Below are positions 8,100 through 17,334 of a stretch of DNA of 38,202 nt, piece after piece. Below the pieces are notes generated by a model, which was given only the letters and a program-made list of their open reading frames with translations, searched no databases and was not told where the DNA came from. The position numbers and the translations under genes are program-made. Origin of the DNA: Myxococcota bacterium (GTDB lineage Bacteria; Myxococcota_C; UBA6777); NCBI GenBank assembly GCA_023150835.1, contig JAKLKB010000073.1, forward strand, positions 1 to 38,202, written 5' to 3'. Numbering within the stretch: the stretch's first letter is position 1; the number at the start of each line of letters is the position of its first letter.

Positions 8100-9506
8100 T
8101 CAACGTGATGTGTGTGTGTGTGTGGCGGGTAGATGGGGAGTTTGTGCAGCGAGAGTGGGGGCGTATCCGAGGTAAGAGTGGGGTGTGAGAGCGCAGAGTT
8201 GTTGTTTTTCGTGGGGAGGGAGGGGGAGGGTGTCGAGGAAGGCGTGGAGTGCTTGGGGGGTGAGAGATTGGCCGCGAGTGAGGGCTTTGAGTTGTTCGTA
8301 GGGCGCGTCGAGTTGGAGGCGGCGCATGACGGTTTGGATGGCTTCGGCGAGGACTTCCCAAGATTGGTCGAGGTCTTGTTGGAGGCGGTGCGGGTGGGGT
8401 TCGATCTTAGAGAGTCCTTTTTGGAGGGAGGAAAGGGCGATCAGGGAGTGGGCAAAGGCCGTGCCGCAGTTGCGCAGCGCGGTGGAGTCGGTCAGATCGC
8501 GTTGCCATCGGGAGATCGGGAGTTTTTGTGCGAGGTGTTCGAGCAGGGCGTTGGCGATGCCGAGATTGCCTTCGGCATTTTCAAATTCGATGGGGTTGAC
8601 TTTGTGCGGCATGGTGGAGGAGCCGACTTCGCCTTGGATAGGGCGTTGTCGAAGATATCCAAGAGAGATGTACCCCCAGAAATCACGGGCAAGATCGATG
8701 AGGATGGTGTGGCATCGTGCGATGGCATGGAAGAGTTCAGCGATCCAGTCGTGGGGTTCGATCTGTGTGGTGTAGGGATTCCAAGCCAATCCAAGAGAGT
8801 GGACGAAGGTTTGGGCGATCTGTGTCCAGTCGACGTGTGGATAAGCGACATGGTGGGCGTTGTAGTTGCCGACGGCACCGTTGATCTTGCCGAATACAGG
8901 GGATTCGTGGATGCGTTGATAAGCCTGTTGGAGGCGGACGGCAAAGTTGGCGATCTCTTTGCCGAGGGTGGTGGGGGAGGCGGTTTGTCCGTGTGTGCGG
9001 GAAAGCATGGGGAGAGCGGCGTGTTGGTGGGCGAGTTCGGTGAGTGTGTGATGGAGCGTGCGGAGGTGAGGGAGAAGGACGGTATCTCGGGCTTTGCGAA
9101 GCATCAGGGCGTAGGAGAGGTTGTTGATATCTTCGGAGGTGCAGGCAAAGTGCAAAAATTCTTGATGTGTGTGGAGGGTGGGATGCGTGTGGAAGCGTTC
9201 TTTGAGGAAGTATTCGACGGCTTTGACGTCGTGGTTGATGGTTTTTTCGATCTGCTTGATGCGAAGGGCGTCTTGTGCAGAAAAGTTGTGCAAGATATCT
9301 TCGAGGAAGGTGTTTTCTACATCGGAAAGAGGCGGTATTTCGGGGATATTCGGGTGTTGGGAGAGAGCCTGAAACCAGCGGATCTCGATCCATACGCGGT
9401 GGTGGATCAAGCCGTATTCGCTGAGGAGCAAGCGCAGAGGCTGTGTTTTTTCGGCATAACGTCCGTCGATCGGGGAAAGGGCGAAGAGTTGGGCGTCTTG
9501 GTTCAC
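8100..9506 (-). CDS. purB: Adenylosuccinate lyase
   Basis: ALSPIDGRY, INHDVKAVEY, HFACTSEDINN, SRTHGQ.ASPTT.GKE, fumarase-superfamily signature GSSTMPHKVNP, SRWQRDLTDST. Confidence 0.97.
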   Translation of the reverse strand: MNQDAQLFALSPIDGRYAEKTQPLRLLLSEYGLIHHRVWIEIRWFQALSQHPNIPEIPPLSDVENTFLEDILHNFSAQDALRIKQIEKTINHDVKAVEYFLKERFHTHPTLHTHQEFLHFACTSEDINNLSYALMLRKARDTVLLPHLRTLHHTLTELAHQHAALPMLSRTHGQTASPTTLGKEIANFAVRLQQAYQRIHESPVFGKINGAVGNYNAHHVAYPHVDWTQIAQTFVHSLGLAWNPYTTQIEPHDWIAELFHAIARCHTILIDLARDFWGYISLGYLRQRPIQGEVGSSTMPHKVNPIEFENAEGNLGIANALLEHLAQKLPISRWQRDLTDSTALRNCGTAFAHSLIALSSLQKGLSKIEPHPHRLQQDLDQSWEVLAEAIQTVMRRLQLDAPYEQLKALTRGQSLTPQALHAFLDTLPLPPHEKQQLCALTPHSYLGYAPTLAAQTPHLPATHTHTSR

Positions 9507-9515
9507 GGCGTCTCC

Positions 9516-10076
9516 TTATTTTTCGGAGTCCTCGGGAGGGCTTGCAGCGAGGCGAGGGAGGGTGTGGCGCTGTGGAAAGCGAGGGTTGAATTCGAGGGCT
9601 TCCATGTCATGGATCTGGCCTTGGGTCAAGGAAAAACGCAGGGCTGTGCGCACGACGTGGTGGCCGTCATAACCTGCGGCACCCGGGTTGATCTGGAGGA
9701 TAGAGGGAAGCGTTGGATCTCGAACCACGCGGAGGATATGCGAGTGGCCGCAAACAAACAGCGCGGGTGGGTGAGTTTGTAGTTTTTGTCGGATATTCGG
9801 AGCATAGCGTTGGGGGTGGCCGCCGATATGTGTGATCCACACCGATACACCGTCACAATCGAAGAAAAGATCTTTGGGGTATTGTTGTCGGATGGCGAGA
9901 CCGTCGATGTTTCCGTACACAGCACACAAGGTTTTGTGTGCGGCGATCTGTTGTGCAACCTCGATCGAACCGATATCCCCGGCGTGCCAGATCTGATCGC
10001 GATCGGCGAACACGTCGAGGATCTGAGGATCGAGAGCGCCGTGAGTGTCCGAAAGAAGGCCGATACGTGTGGTCAT
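9516..10076 (-). CDS. Metallophosphoesterase (YfcE/VPS29-like, calcineurin-like)
   Basis: MTTRIGLLSDTHG, WHAGDIG, VYGNID, CGHSH, INPGAAG. The true start is ATG 10076, not 10817 as in the ORF track. Confidence 0.9.
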   Translation of the reverse strand: MTTRIGLLSDTHGALDPQILDVFADRDQIWHAGDIGSIEVAQQIAAHKTLCAVYGNIDGLAIRQQYPKDLFFDCDGVSVWITHIGGHPQRYAPNIRQKLQTHPPALFVCGHSHILRVVRDPTLPSILQINPGAAGYDGHHVVRTALRFSLTQGQIHDMEALEFNPRFPQRHTLPRLAASPPEDSEK

Positions 10077-10086
10077 GGCTTGTTTG

Positions 10087-10845
10087 TTAGTTGCAGATGC
10101 GTCCGCCGCTATTTCCTGCGGCTCCGTCGCAGTCCCAATCTTGGTCATCGCAGCGTTCGCTTTGAGGGGTGATGGCTCCGATGCAGGCTCCCCAAACGCC
10201 GTTGGTGCAGGTTTGTTGTCCAAGTTTGCATCGACCGAAGCATCGGCGGGAATGGACGGAGCATCCGTTGGTTTCGGGCGGATAACAGGGGAGTGTTTGA
10301 CCTTGGGAGCAGGAAGTGTTGGGATCGCGGGGACTATCGGGGAGGGTTTGGGGTTCGGGAGTGGGTTCGGGGAGACGTTCGATGTGTTTGCGTTCGAGTT
10401 CGTCGCTGCCATCGGGGAGAGCGTCAGGGAGAGCGTGTTCGTGGTGGAGGTCGAAGGGAGGTTCGGTGTTGTTCTCGCGGCCTTGGGAGGATTCTTCGGA
10501 GAGGCGAGGAGAATCGGTGGATTTTTCGATGGGAAGGCCCGCGTCGACATCGTTGTCGTCGGGAGATGCGGTGCTTGCGTCAGAGAGGAACCGAGGTTCG
10601 CGGTGGTTTGGGGTGCAGATCGGCTCGCCATCCAGATCGTTGGAACAGACGGCGTCGGCTGTTGCGAGTGAGTAGCAAAGAGAGCGGATGCAAACGGCGG
10701 GCTGTGCGCAGTCTTGGTTTGTGGCGCAAAAGAAGCGTTCTTTGGGAGGGGCGGTGGGAGGGAGCGTGCAGGCTTGGAATCCAAAAGCCGCGCAAGAAGA
10801 GAGTAAGAAACAAGCAAAAAGCAGATGTGTGGGTGGATTCCTCAT
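10087..10845 (-). CDS. Putative Cys-rich lipoprotein with acidic/Pro-rich linker and C-terminal ExCDxxDxDCDG metal-binding-like motif
   Basis: Start MRNPPTHLLFACFLLSSCAAFGFQAC (signal plus Cys); CATNQDC..C...C module; EPTPEP linker; GRCKLGQQTC..G.WG.C.G...P.SERCDDQDWDCDG, typical of myxobacterial MopE-related repeats. Confidence 0.7.
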   Translation of the reverse strand: MRNPPTHLLFACFLLSSCAAFGFQACTLPPTAPPKERFFCATNQDCAQPAVCIRSLCYSLATADAVCSNDLDGEPICTPNHREPRFLSDASTASPDDNDVDAGLPIEKSTDSPRLSEESSQGRENNTEPPFDLHHEHALPDALPDGSDELERKHIERLPEPTPEPQTLPDSPRDPNTSCSQGQTLPCYPPETNGCSVHSRRCFGRCKLGQQTCTNGVWGACIGAITPQSERCDDQDWDCDGAAGNSGGRICN

Positions 10846-11073
10846 GATGAAAATCCCCGAAGTGTCGGTGTGAAATGATGCGTTGTGCCAAGGTTTCTTT
10901 TCGTTCGAAGTTTCTTCTGCATGGAGGAGAAAGTGTAGGGCGCGGAGGGTCGGAAGACAAGCAAAGGGAGAAAAGTTTTCTTGTGCGGTGGTTGCGGGCA
11001 GGAGAGGGATGGGGTACAAGGTGGGAGCGGTGGGGGGGGTTGGTAGCGAACGTGCCTTGTAGGAGCGAATTGG

Positions 11074-13404
11074 ATGAGCGAAGAGGCCGTGCGGCGTGCA
11101 AATTCTGAAGAAGAAGACAGCTTGCGGGTTGCGCTGGTGGAGCAATATCGGCGCGAGCGTTCGAAGATGTACGGCCAGTTGTTTAGCAAGTTGGCGTGGT
11201 TGTTGTTGTTTTTTTTGATTGTTGGGCAAGGGACGCGCTGGTTGTATGGTGTGGGGGCGTGGTGGCAGAGCGCTTTTTCTTTTTTTGCGATGGGTTATAT
11301 GCTGAGCGTGAGCCTGTTTGGCGGGCGGATACGGGATCGTCTGATGTCTGCGATGCCGTACGTGTTTGGCATGGTGCTGATCCTCTCGTGGGGAGCGCTT
11401 GTTTGGGGGCCGCCGCGAACGAGCGTGCGCGACGTGATGTCGTTGTTGACAACGATGACGGCGATGACTTCGGTGTTTGTGCTGTTGTTCCTATCTTCGC
11501 AACACAAGCGTGCGTTGCGGGATGGTTTGATCTTTTTGTTGTGCGTGGTGCTGTTGGCGGTGCTTTCGCCGAGCGGCACAGGGTTAAAGGGGGTCGAGTA
11601 CCGCCATTTTGGTTTGGCGATGTTTTTTGGTTTTTTGCCGACGGTGTTGTTGTTGTTTTTCTTGTCACGGCTTTCTTTTCGATTGCAAGAGATGATCGGT
11701 GTTCGAGAGTATCAGTACAAGACTTTATTACAGTACGCATCTGACTTGGTGATTGTTTTGGATGAAGAAGGACGGATCCGTTATGAGAGTCCAGCGGCAC
11801 TTCGGATCTTGGGGTACACCGCAGAAGAGCGGGTCAATCATCGGATGTTGGAGGATGTGCATCCAGACGATCAAGAGCGGATTCGTGCGATCTATCGGGC
11901 GTTGTTGTCACGTCCCGGGCACATCGCGACGCAGGAGGCGCGGCTGCGCCATCGCGGCGGGCATTGGTTGGAGGTGGAGTGCATCGCGGAGAATCTGTTT
12001 GCAGATCCGAAGATTCGGGGGATGTTGGTGAATGTACGGGACATTACGTTGCGCAAGCAGCAAGAGAGCCGTGCAGAGTATTTGTCGCGGCATGATACGT
12101 TGACATCACTACCCAATCGGCAGACTTTTTTACAACATCTGGGGGAAGCGTTGGATGCGGCGTCAGCGGAGGGAGAGCGGCTGGCGTTGTTGCTGGTGGA
12201 TCTGGATCGGTTTAAGGCGATCAATGAGACGTATGGTCCGCGTTGTGGGGATATCTTGTTGCAGGAAGTGGCGCGTCGATTGCGGCGGATGGTGGGGGAA
12301 GAGGCGATGTTGTCGCGATTGAGCGGCGATGAATTTGTGTTGATGCTGCGGGGGCCTTGGCAACAAGAAGAGATCACAGCGTTGGTGCAACGGATCTTGG
12401 TGGGGTTGAGTGAGCCGTATGCGTTGCAAAACAACCATGTGCGGATCACAGCGAGCATCGGGATCGCGTTTTCGCCCGAAGATGGGCGTCGTCCAGAGCA
12501 ATTGCTGTTGTACGTCGATCAGGCGATGTTGGAGGCGAAGAAGGGGGAGCGTGGGTATCAGTTTTTTTCTAGCGAGATTCGGCGTCAATTAAGCGAGCGG
12601 ATCTTGTTGGAAGTGGAGTTGCAGCAGGCGATCGAGCGTCGAGAGTTTGTGTTGTATTATCAGCCGCGAGTGGAATTATCGACGGGCCGCTTGCAGAGTT
12701 TGGAGGCGTTGGTGCGCTGGCAGCATCCGACGAGGGGGCTGTTGCCGCCGGGGGTATTTATTCCTCTCGCCGAAGAGACGGGGCTGATCCATGCGTTGGG
12801 GGATCAGATCTTGGAGATTGCGTGTGGACAATTGCGGTCGTGGGAAGAGGGCGGGTATGCGATGCGGGTGGCGGTGAACTTGTCGGCGCGGCAGCTTCAA
12901 GATGTGGCGCTTGTCGAGCGGATCTTGCGGACGATGGAGCGTTATGGTGTTTTGGGGGGGGCTTTGGAGTTGGAGATCACGGAGTCTGCGGCGATGTTGA
13001 ACATCGACGAGACGGCGATCACGCTTCGTCATTTGAAAGAGGCGGGGATCGCGTTGTCGATCGACGATTTCGGTACGGCGTATTCTTCGCTGAATTATCT
13101 CAAGCGTTTGCCTGTGGATCATTTGAAGATCGATCGTTCTTTTGTGCGGGATCTGGGGCAATCACCGCTGCAATCGCCGCAAGATGTGGCGATCATCAAG
13201 GCGATCGTCGCGATCTCGAAAAGCCTTGGTCTTTCGGTGATCGCGGAAGGTATCGAGTACGAAGAACAAGCGCAGTTTTTGTTGCAACTGCATTGTGATA
13301 CAGGCCAAGGTTTTTTCTTTGGCCAACCATTGTCTTGCGTCGAAGTCGAGCTACTCTTTGACCGCAGCGGCTTGTGGAAGGTGCCTCGGTTGGATCTGCA
13401 ATAG
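11074..13404 (+). CDS. Membrane-anchored PAS-GGDEF-EAL c-di-GMP enzyme
   Basis: N-terminal TM helices; PAS (SDLVIVLD..G.IRYESP..VHPDD); HDTLTSLPNR, DLDRFKAINE, SGDEF; EALVRW, ELEITE, DDFGTAYSSL, KIDRSF, AEGIE, GQGF. Confidence 0.93.
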   Translation: MSEEAVRRANSEEEDSLRVALVEQYRRERSKMYGQLFSKLAWLLLFFLIVGQGTRWLYGVGAWWQSAFSFFAMGYMLSVSLFGGRIRDRLMSAMPYVFGMVLILSWGALVWGPPRTSVRDVMSLLTTMTAMTSVFVLLFLSSQHKRALRDGLIFLLCVVLLAVLSPSGTGLKGVEYRHFGLAMFFGFLPTVLLLFFLSRLSFRLQEMIGVREYQYKTLLQYASDLVIVLDEEGRIRYESPAALRILGYTAEERVNHRMLEDVHPDDQERIRAIYRALLSRPGHIATQEARLRHRGGHWLEVECIAENLFADPKIRGMLVNVRDITLRKQQESRAEYLSRHDTLTSLPNRQTFLQHLGEALDAASAEGERLALLLVDLDRFKAINETYGPRCGDILLQEVARRLRRMVGEEAMLSRLSGDEFVLMLRGPWQQEEITALVQRILVGLSEPYALQNNHVRITASIGIAFSPEDGRRPEQLLLYVDQAMLEAKKGERGYQFFSSEIRRQLSERILLEVELQQAIERREFVLYYQPRVELSTGRLQSLEALVRWQHPTRGLLPPGVFIPLAEETGLIHALGDQILEIACGQLRSWEEGGYAMRVAVNLSARQLQDVALVERILRTMERYGVLGGALELEITESAAMLNIDETAITLRHLKEAGIALSIDDFGTAYSSLNYLKRLPVDHLKIDRSFVRDLGQSPLQSPQDVAIIKAIVAISKSLGLSVIAEGIEYEEQAQFLLQLHCDTGQGFFFGQPLSCVEVELLFDRSGLWKVPRLDLQ

Positions 13405-13467
13405 GATCCGTTCCAAAGAACATCGCTTGGAGGGGAAACCGACGCATCCTTGAGAGAGGAGGCTTGT

Positions 13468-15462
13468 GTGGGTGAGATCGCGTATTTGGCGGATGTCTCG
13501 ATGTTAACGACGCTGTCTACGGACGAGGCGATGGAGACGTTGGCGCAACGGTTTGAGGCGTTGGGGATCGCGTGGGGGGAGGTGAAGGCCAACGAGAAAG
13601 GGACGTTGTTTGCGGTTCCGGCTTCGGAGGACGTGCATTGGCTCAGGTCTTTGCCTGCGCTGTCTTTGGTGGAGGAGAAAAAGATCGAGGGGAGGGCGAG
13701 CGGTGGGGTGACGGATCTGGTGGTGGGTGAGATCCTTGGGGAAGGAGGGATGGGTGTGGTGCGGAGCGCGTTGCAAGTGCCGCTGCATCGGGAAGTTGCG
13801 GTCAAGCGGTTGCGGGTCGAGAAGAACAGTCGCGCAGAGATCTTGTCGTTGTTGCGGGAGGCTTGGGTGACGGGGATGCTGGAGCATCCGAATATCGTGC
13901 CGGTGTATGCGTTGGGGCGTGACGCAGAGGATCGACCGATCTTTGTGATGAAGCGGATCGGTGGGGTGCCTTGGCAAGATCTGATGTTTTCGCCCGAGCA
14001 TCCGTATCGGATCCAAGACAAGCGATCGTCTTTGTTGTGGAACCTTGATGTGTTGATGCAGGTTTGCCGTTCGGTGCATTTTGCCCACAGCAAGGGGATC
14101 TTGCATCGTGATATCAAGCCGTCGAATGTGATGATCGGCGAGTTCGGCGAGGTGTATTTGTTGGATTGGGGGATCGCGTTGGCGTTGTCGCCGCATCCAT
14201 CGTTGCCTTTGCCCTTGGCAGCGGAGGTTGCGCGTTTGGAAGGGACACCCGCTTACATGGCTCCAGAGATGGCGGCGGTGCATGGCGAACGGATCGGGGT
14301 CCAGACGGATGTGTACCTTTTGGGGGGTGTCTTGCACGAGATCTTGACAGGGAAGCCACCGCATCAAGGACCGACGTTGTTGGCGGTTCTTGCAGACGCG
14401 ATGATCTCTGCACCGCACACCTACGCATCGGATATCCCAGAGTCCTTGGTGGCGATCTGCCATCGTGCGATGAACGCGGATCCAGCGGCGCGCTTTGAAA
14501 GTGTCGAGGCTTTTCGGTGTGCGATTGCAGATTTTTTACAGCAAAAAAACTCCATTGATCTGACCGAAGAAGCCAAAAAAGAGCTACAAGATCTTCAAGA
14601 AAAGATGGAGAGCGAAAAAGAGAAAACGGATCTGCGTTCCTTGTTTTTTCGTCTGGGCGAGTTGCGTTTTGGTTTTCATCAGGCGTTGCATTTGTGGCCC
14701 GAAAACCGAGACGCGGCAGAAGGTCTGCGAGCGTGTATGGTGTTGACTTGCCAAGTGATGATCGCAGACGCTTATCTCGAGGCTGCCGAGCAGCTGTTTC
14801 GGGAGATCGAGCAGCCTCCCGAAAGTTTGCGTGCGGCGTTGGAAGCACTTCGCGAACAAAAAGAGCAACAAGAGAAGCATCGAAGGCGGCTTGAGTTGGA
14901 TACAGACAGCACCGTTGGGAGGCGTACACGTCGTTTTATTGTGACGGTGATGGCGATCTTTTTTATTCCGTTTTGGTTGTCTTTTGGTCAGACCTTTGCT
15001 CTTTTTTCTTTTCAATACACAACGTATTTTTCGTTGGCGGTGGGGGAGATCGTATTTTTTGGAGCTTTTTCGGTGTGGGCGCGGGACACGATGACCCGCA
15101 ATGCGATCAATCGGCGTGTGTTGCTCGCGATCTGGTTGTTTGTGTTGTCGGGTACGCTGTGGTTTGTGTATGCGTGGTTTTTTCGGCTGCCGATGGAGCA
15201 GACGTTGGCGGTTCATTTGCTGTTGCAGTCGTCGATCTTTGGGGTGTTGGCGCTGTTAACGGATTTGGCGCTGTTGTGGAGTGTTGGGGTGGGGGCGTTG
15301 TGTTTTGTGGGGGTGATGTTGTGGCCGCGTTGGGTCTATGAATGGATGGCGTTGTCGTTGGGGGCGGGGTTGTTGCAAGCGGCGTATGTGTGGAAACCGA
15401 AGGGGCCGCTGTCTCGGATCGAGCAATTTTTAGAACGATGGCGTGCGTATTTTTCGTGTTAA
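13468..15462 (+). CDS. Hanks-type Ser/Thr protein kinase with C-terminal TM helices
   Basis: LGEGGMGVV, VAVK, HPNIV, HRDIKPSN, DWG, GTPAYMAPE, DVYLLG; hydrophobic C-terminus. GTG 13468 follows GAGGAGG. Confidence 0.92.
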   Translation: MGEIAYLADVSMLTTLSTDEAMETLAQRFEALGIAWGEVKANEKGTLFAVPASEDVHWLRSLPALSLVEEKKIEGRASGGVTDLVVGEILGEGGMGVVRSALQVPLHREVAVKRLRVEKNSRAEILSLLREAWVTGMLEHPNIVPVYALGRDAEDRPIFVMKRIGGVPWQDLMFSPEHPYRIQDKRSSLLWNLDVLMQVCRSVHFAHSKGILHRDIKPSNVMIGEFGEVYLLDWGIALALSPHPSLPLPLAAEVARLEGTPAYMAPEMAAVHGERIGVQTDVYLLGGVLHEILTGKPPHQGPTLLAVLADAMISAPHTYASDIPESLVAICHRAMNADPAARFESVEAFRCAIADFLQQKNSIDLTEEAKKELQDLQEKMESEKEKTDLRSLFFRLGELRFGFHQALHLWPENRDAAEGLRACMVLTCQVMIADAYLEAAEQLFREIEQPPESLRAALEALREQKEQQEKHRRRLELDTDSTVGRRTRRFIVTVMAIFFIPFWLSFGQTFALFSFQYTTYFSLAVGEIVFFGAFSVWARDTMTRNAINRRVLLAIWLFVLSGTLWFVYAWFFRLPMEQTLAVHLLLQSSIFGVLALLTDLALLWSVGVGALCFVGVMLWPRWVYEWMALSLGAGLLQAAYVWKPKGPLSRIEQFLERWRAYFSC

Positions 15463-15469
15463 TGAGAGC

Positions 15470-15635
15470 AGGAGTTACGCAGTTGCCAAAAAAGCCGTGT
15501 TCGCGGAGGTTCAAGCGGCTGTGCTGTTGGTTTGAAACACCATCGTTCGCCCCGCCAACACGGGGTCAAGGGGCGATAGTCCCTTGCGGGGTGTGGGGTG
15601 GCACCCCACAAACAGCAACCAACTGCGTAAGTCTT
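15470..15635. mobile_element. Intact 166-bp MITE (family 1, module C) with TIRs and 8-bp target-site duplication
   Basis: Left end AGGAGTTACGCAGTTG and right end CAACTGCGTAAGTCTT form a 14/16 inverted match. ATGAGAGC flanks both sides (15462-15469 and 15636-15643). No transposase. Confidence 0.85.
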
Positions 15636-15658
15636 ATGAGAGCAAAGGTAGGTTGTGT

Positions 15659-17134
15659 TTAGGGGTTGTTTGCGGGGGCGACGGCGACCATGCCCCAAGA
15701 GCCGGCACCGAGAGCGACTTCCATTTGAGCGGGGTTGACTTCGATCGATCCGCCTTTGACGAGGGGATCGCCGACGATGTAGTTGCCTTCGGGGGTGCGG
15801 CCAAGGACGGTGACAAAGTGGCCGCCGGGATCGCGAGAGTTGAGGTAGTTTCCGTTGGCTTTTTGTTCTGCGCCCCAAGCGTCCCAGACTTTGTTGGTTC
15901 CGAGGATGACGGGCATTCCTTGTTGGAGGGCGTTGTCGATATTGGAGAGGGCTTGGACGGGGTCGCGTGTGACGGGAAGGTCGATGCCTTGGGCTCCATA
16001 GGCAGTCAGTCCATTTTTGAGGGTGGCAAAGCCCATGGTGTTGGAGGTGGTGGTGTCGTGGCCGTACATGGAATCGCGCATGGCGTCGATGGCGCTGTGA
16101 GCGGTTTCAGGGGTGGGTTGTTGGGTAAGGCCGAGGGTGTTGAGTGCCATGAGGGCGGAGGTGGGGCCGCAATCGCTGTATCCGTAGGGGATATCACGAC
16201 TTCCTGCGGGATCGTTGTAGGCGGTGGGTCCCCATTGCGTCAGAAAAGATTGATTGGCTTGTTGTGTGGAGGTGGGGAGGGATTCGTTGATGGGAGGGGG
16301 AGGAGGGGTAAAGCTAGGGCCTTGGATCAAGCGTTGTTCGAGGGCTTGTGAGGTGGCTTGGTCGTAGATGCCGGTGACGGGGAGGTTATGTGCGCGCTGG
16401 AAGCGTCGGACACCGCCTTCGGTGCGAGGGCCAAAGTTTCCGGGACCGCTGTTCATATCGGCTTGGGTGAGATAGCCCGTGTCGACGAGGCTTTGTTGGA
16501 GTGCGCGGACATCTTCGCCGTGCGCTCCGCGTTCAAGCGGGGCAGCGGGAGCCACAGTGGTGGAGGGGGCAGGTTCGGTGGGCGGAGTGGGGGCCGTTTG
16601 GCTCATGGCTTGTGCGGTGGATTGGTCGTAGATACCGGTGGCAGGGAGGTTATTGGCGCGTTGGTAACTGCGCACAGCGGCTTCGGTGCGAGGCCCAAAG
16701 ATACCGGGGCCTGTGTTCATGTCGGCTTGGGTGAGGTGTCCTGTTTGGACGAGGTGGTTTTGGAGGTCGCGGACATCGCTGCTTTGAGCGCCACGTTGGA
16801 GCGGTGGAGCGGGGAGTTGTGGAGCGGTGGTGCTGTTTGAAGCGGTGGCTGCGGTGCTTGTTGTTGCGGCGGTGTGGGCTGTTGCGGCGGATCGAGTGGT
16901 GTCGTTTCCTTGTTTGACGAGGAAGTTTTGGATCAAGTTGCTGCCGAGGTTGTGCATACTGCCGAGGTTTTCGCGTGTGGTGCTATAAGAATTGGAAGAG
17001 GTTGAAGCGGGGGTTGTGGTGGAAGTATTGGTGTTTGTCGTGGAGGAAGCGCGGGGGGCGGTGGTGGTGCTTGCGGCTTTGGTGGGTGCGGGTGGTGCGG
17101 GTGCGGGTTGGGGCTTGTTTGATTGGATCTTCAT
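15659..17134 (-). CDS. Protein with low-complexity N-terminus, two peptidoglycan-binding domains and a C-terminal C39-like (papain-fold) peptidase
   Basis: Two repeats of L.RGA...DVR.LQ..L..TG.L.......G.FGPRTE..VR.[YF]Q....LP.TG.YD..T. Catalytic-like SDCGPTS, GHFVTVLG and YIVGDP. AAGGAG RBS. No Sec signal peptide. Confidence 0.85.
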   Translation of the reverse strand: MKIQSNKPQPAPAPPAPTKAASTTTAPRASSTTNTNTSTTTPASTSSNSYSTTRENLGSMHNLGSNLIQNFLVKQGNDTTRSAATAHTAATTSTAATASNSTTAPQLPAPPLQRGAQSSDVRDLQNHLVQTGHLTQADMNTGPGIFGPRTEAAVRSYQRANNLPATGIYDQSTAQAMSQTAPTPPTEPAPSTTVAPAAPLERGAHGEDVRALQQSLVDTGYLTQADMNSGPGNFGPRTEGGVRRFQRAHNLPVTGIYDQATSQALEQRLIQGPSFTPPPPPINESLPTSTQQANQSFLTQWGPTAYNDPAGSRDIPYGYSDCGPTSALMALNTLGLTQQPTPETAHSAIDAMRDSMYGHDTTTSNTMGFATLKNGLTAYGAQGIDLPVTRDPVQALSNIDNALQQGMPVILGTNKVWDAWGAEQKANGNYLNSRDPGGHFVTVLGRTPEGNYIVGDPLVKGGSIEVNPAQMEVALGAGSWGMVAVAPANNP

Positions 17135-17182
17135 GCGAAGATATCTCCTTTTAGGCCGATGGATGGGATGTTTGTGATGGAT

Positions 17183-17267
17183 GGGTGAAAGAAAAAAACA
17201 GAAAGATCACATCGTTGCGAAAAGAGTATCGGCAACAGAGGTGATCTTGTTCACAAGATCTTTGTGA
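17183..17267 (-). promoter_or_regulatory. Possible sigma28/FliA-like -10 element inside an inverted repeat upstream of the PG-binding peptidase
   Basis: Minus-strand GCCGATAC at 17233-17226 (FliA -10 consensus GCCGATAA), nested in AAGATCAC...GTGATCTT. No clear TAAA -35. Confidence 0.3.
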
Positions 17268-17334
17268 GAGAGGGGGGAAACAGGTAGGGAGGCGAGGAGA
17301 GGAGAGGGGGCGAAACGGCGTTTGCTATTCCGTG

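Noticed and set aside
8109-8124. (TG)8 tract as a phase-variation switch in purB
   Set aside because: It lies in the last few codons, so slippage would only alter a short tail.
8133-9782. 549-aa + strand ORF, and similar long antisense ORFs (290-1288, 17332-18588, 19525-20694, 23414-24589)
   Set aside because: They are shadow frames opposite well-supported genes, G/V/E/D-biased with no motifs, and are explained by codon bias.
10077-10817. N-terminal 247 aa of the 433-aa ORF 9516-10817
   Set aside because: It overlaps the lipoprotein gene in another frame. The phosphoesterase motifs begin at ATG 10076.
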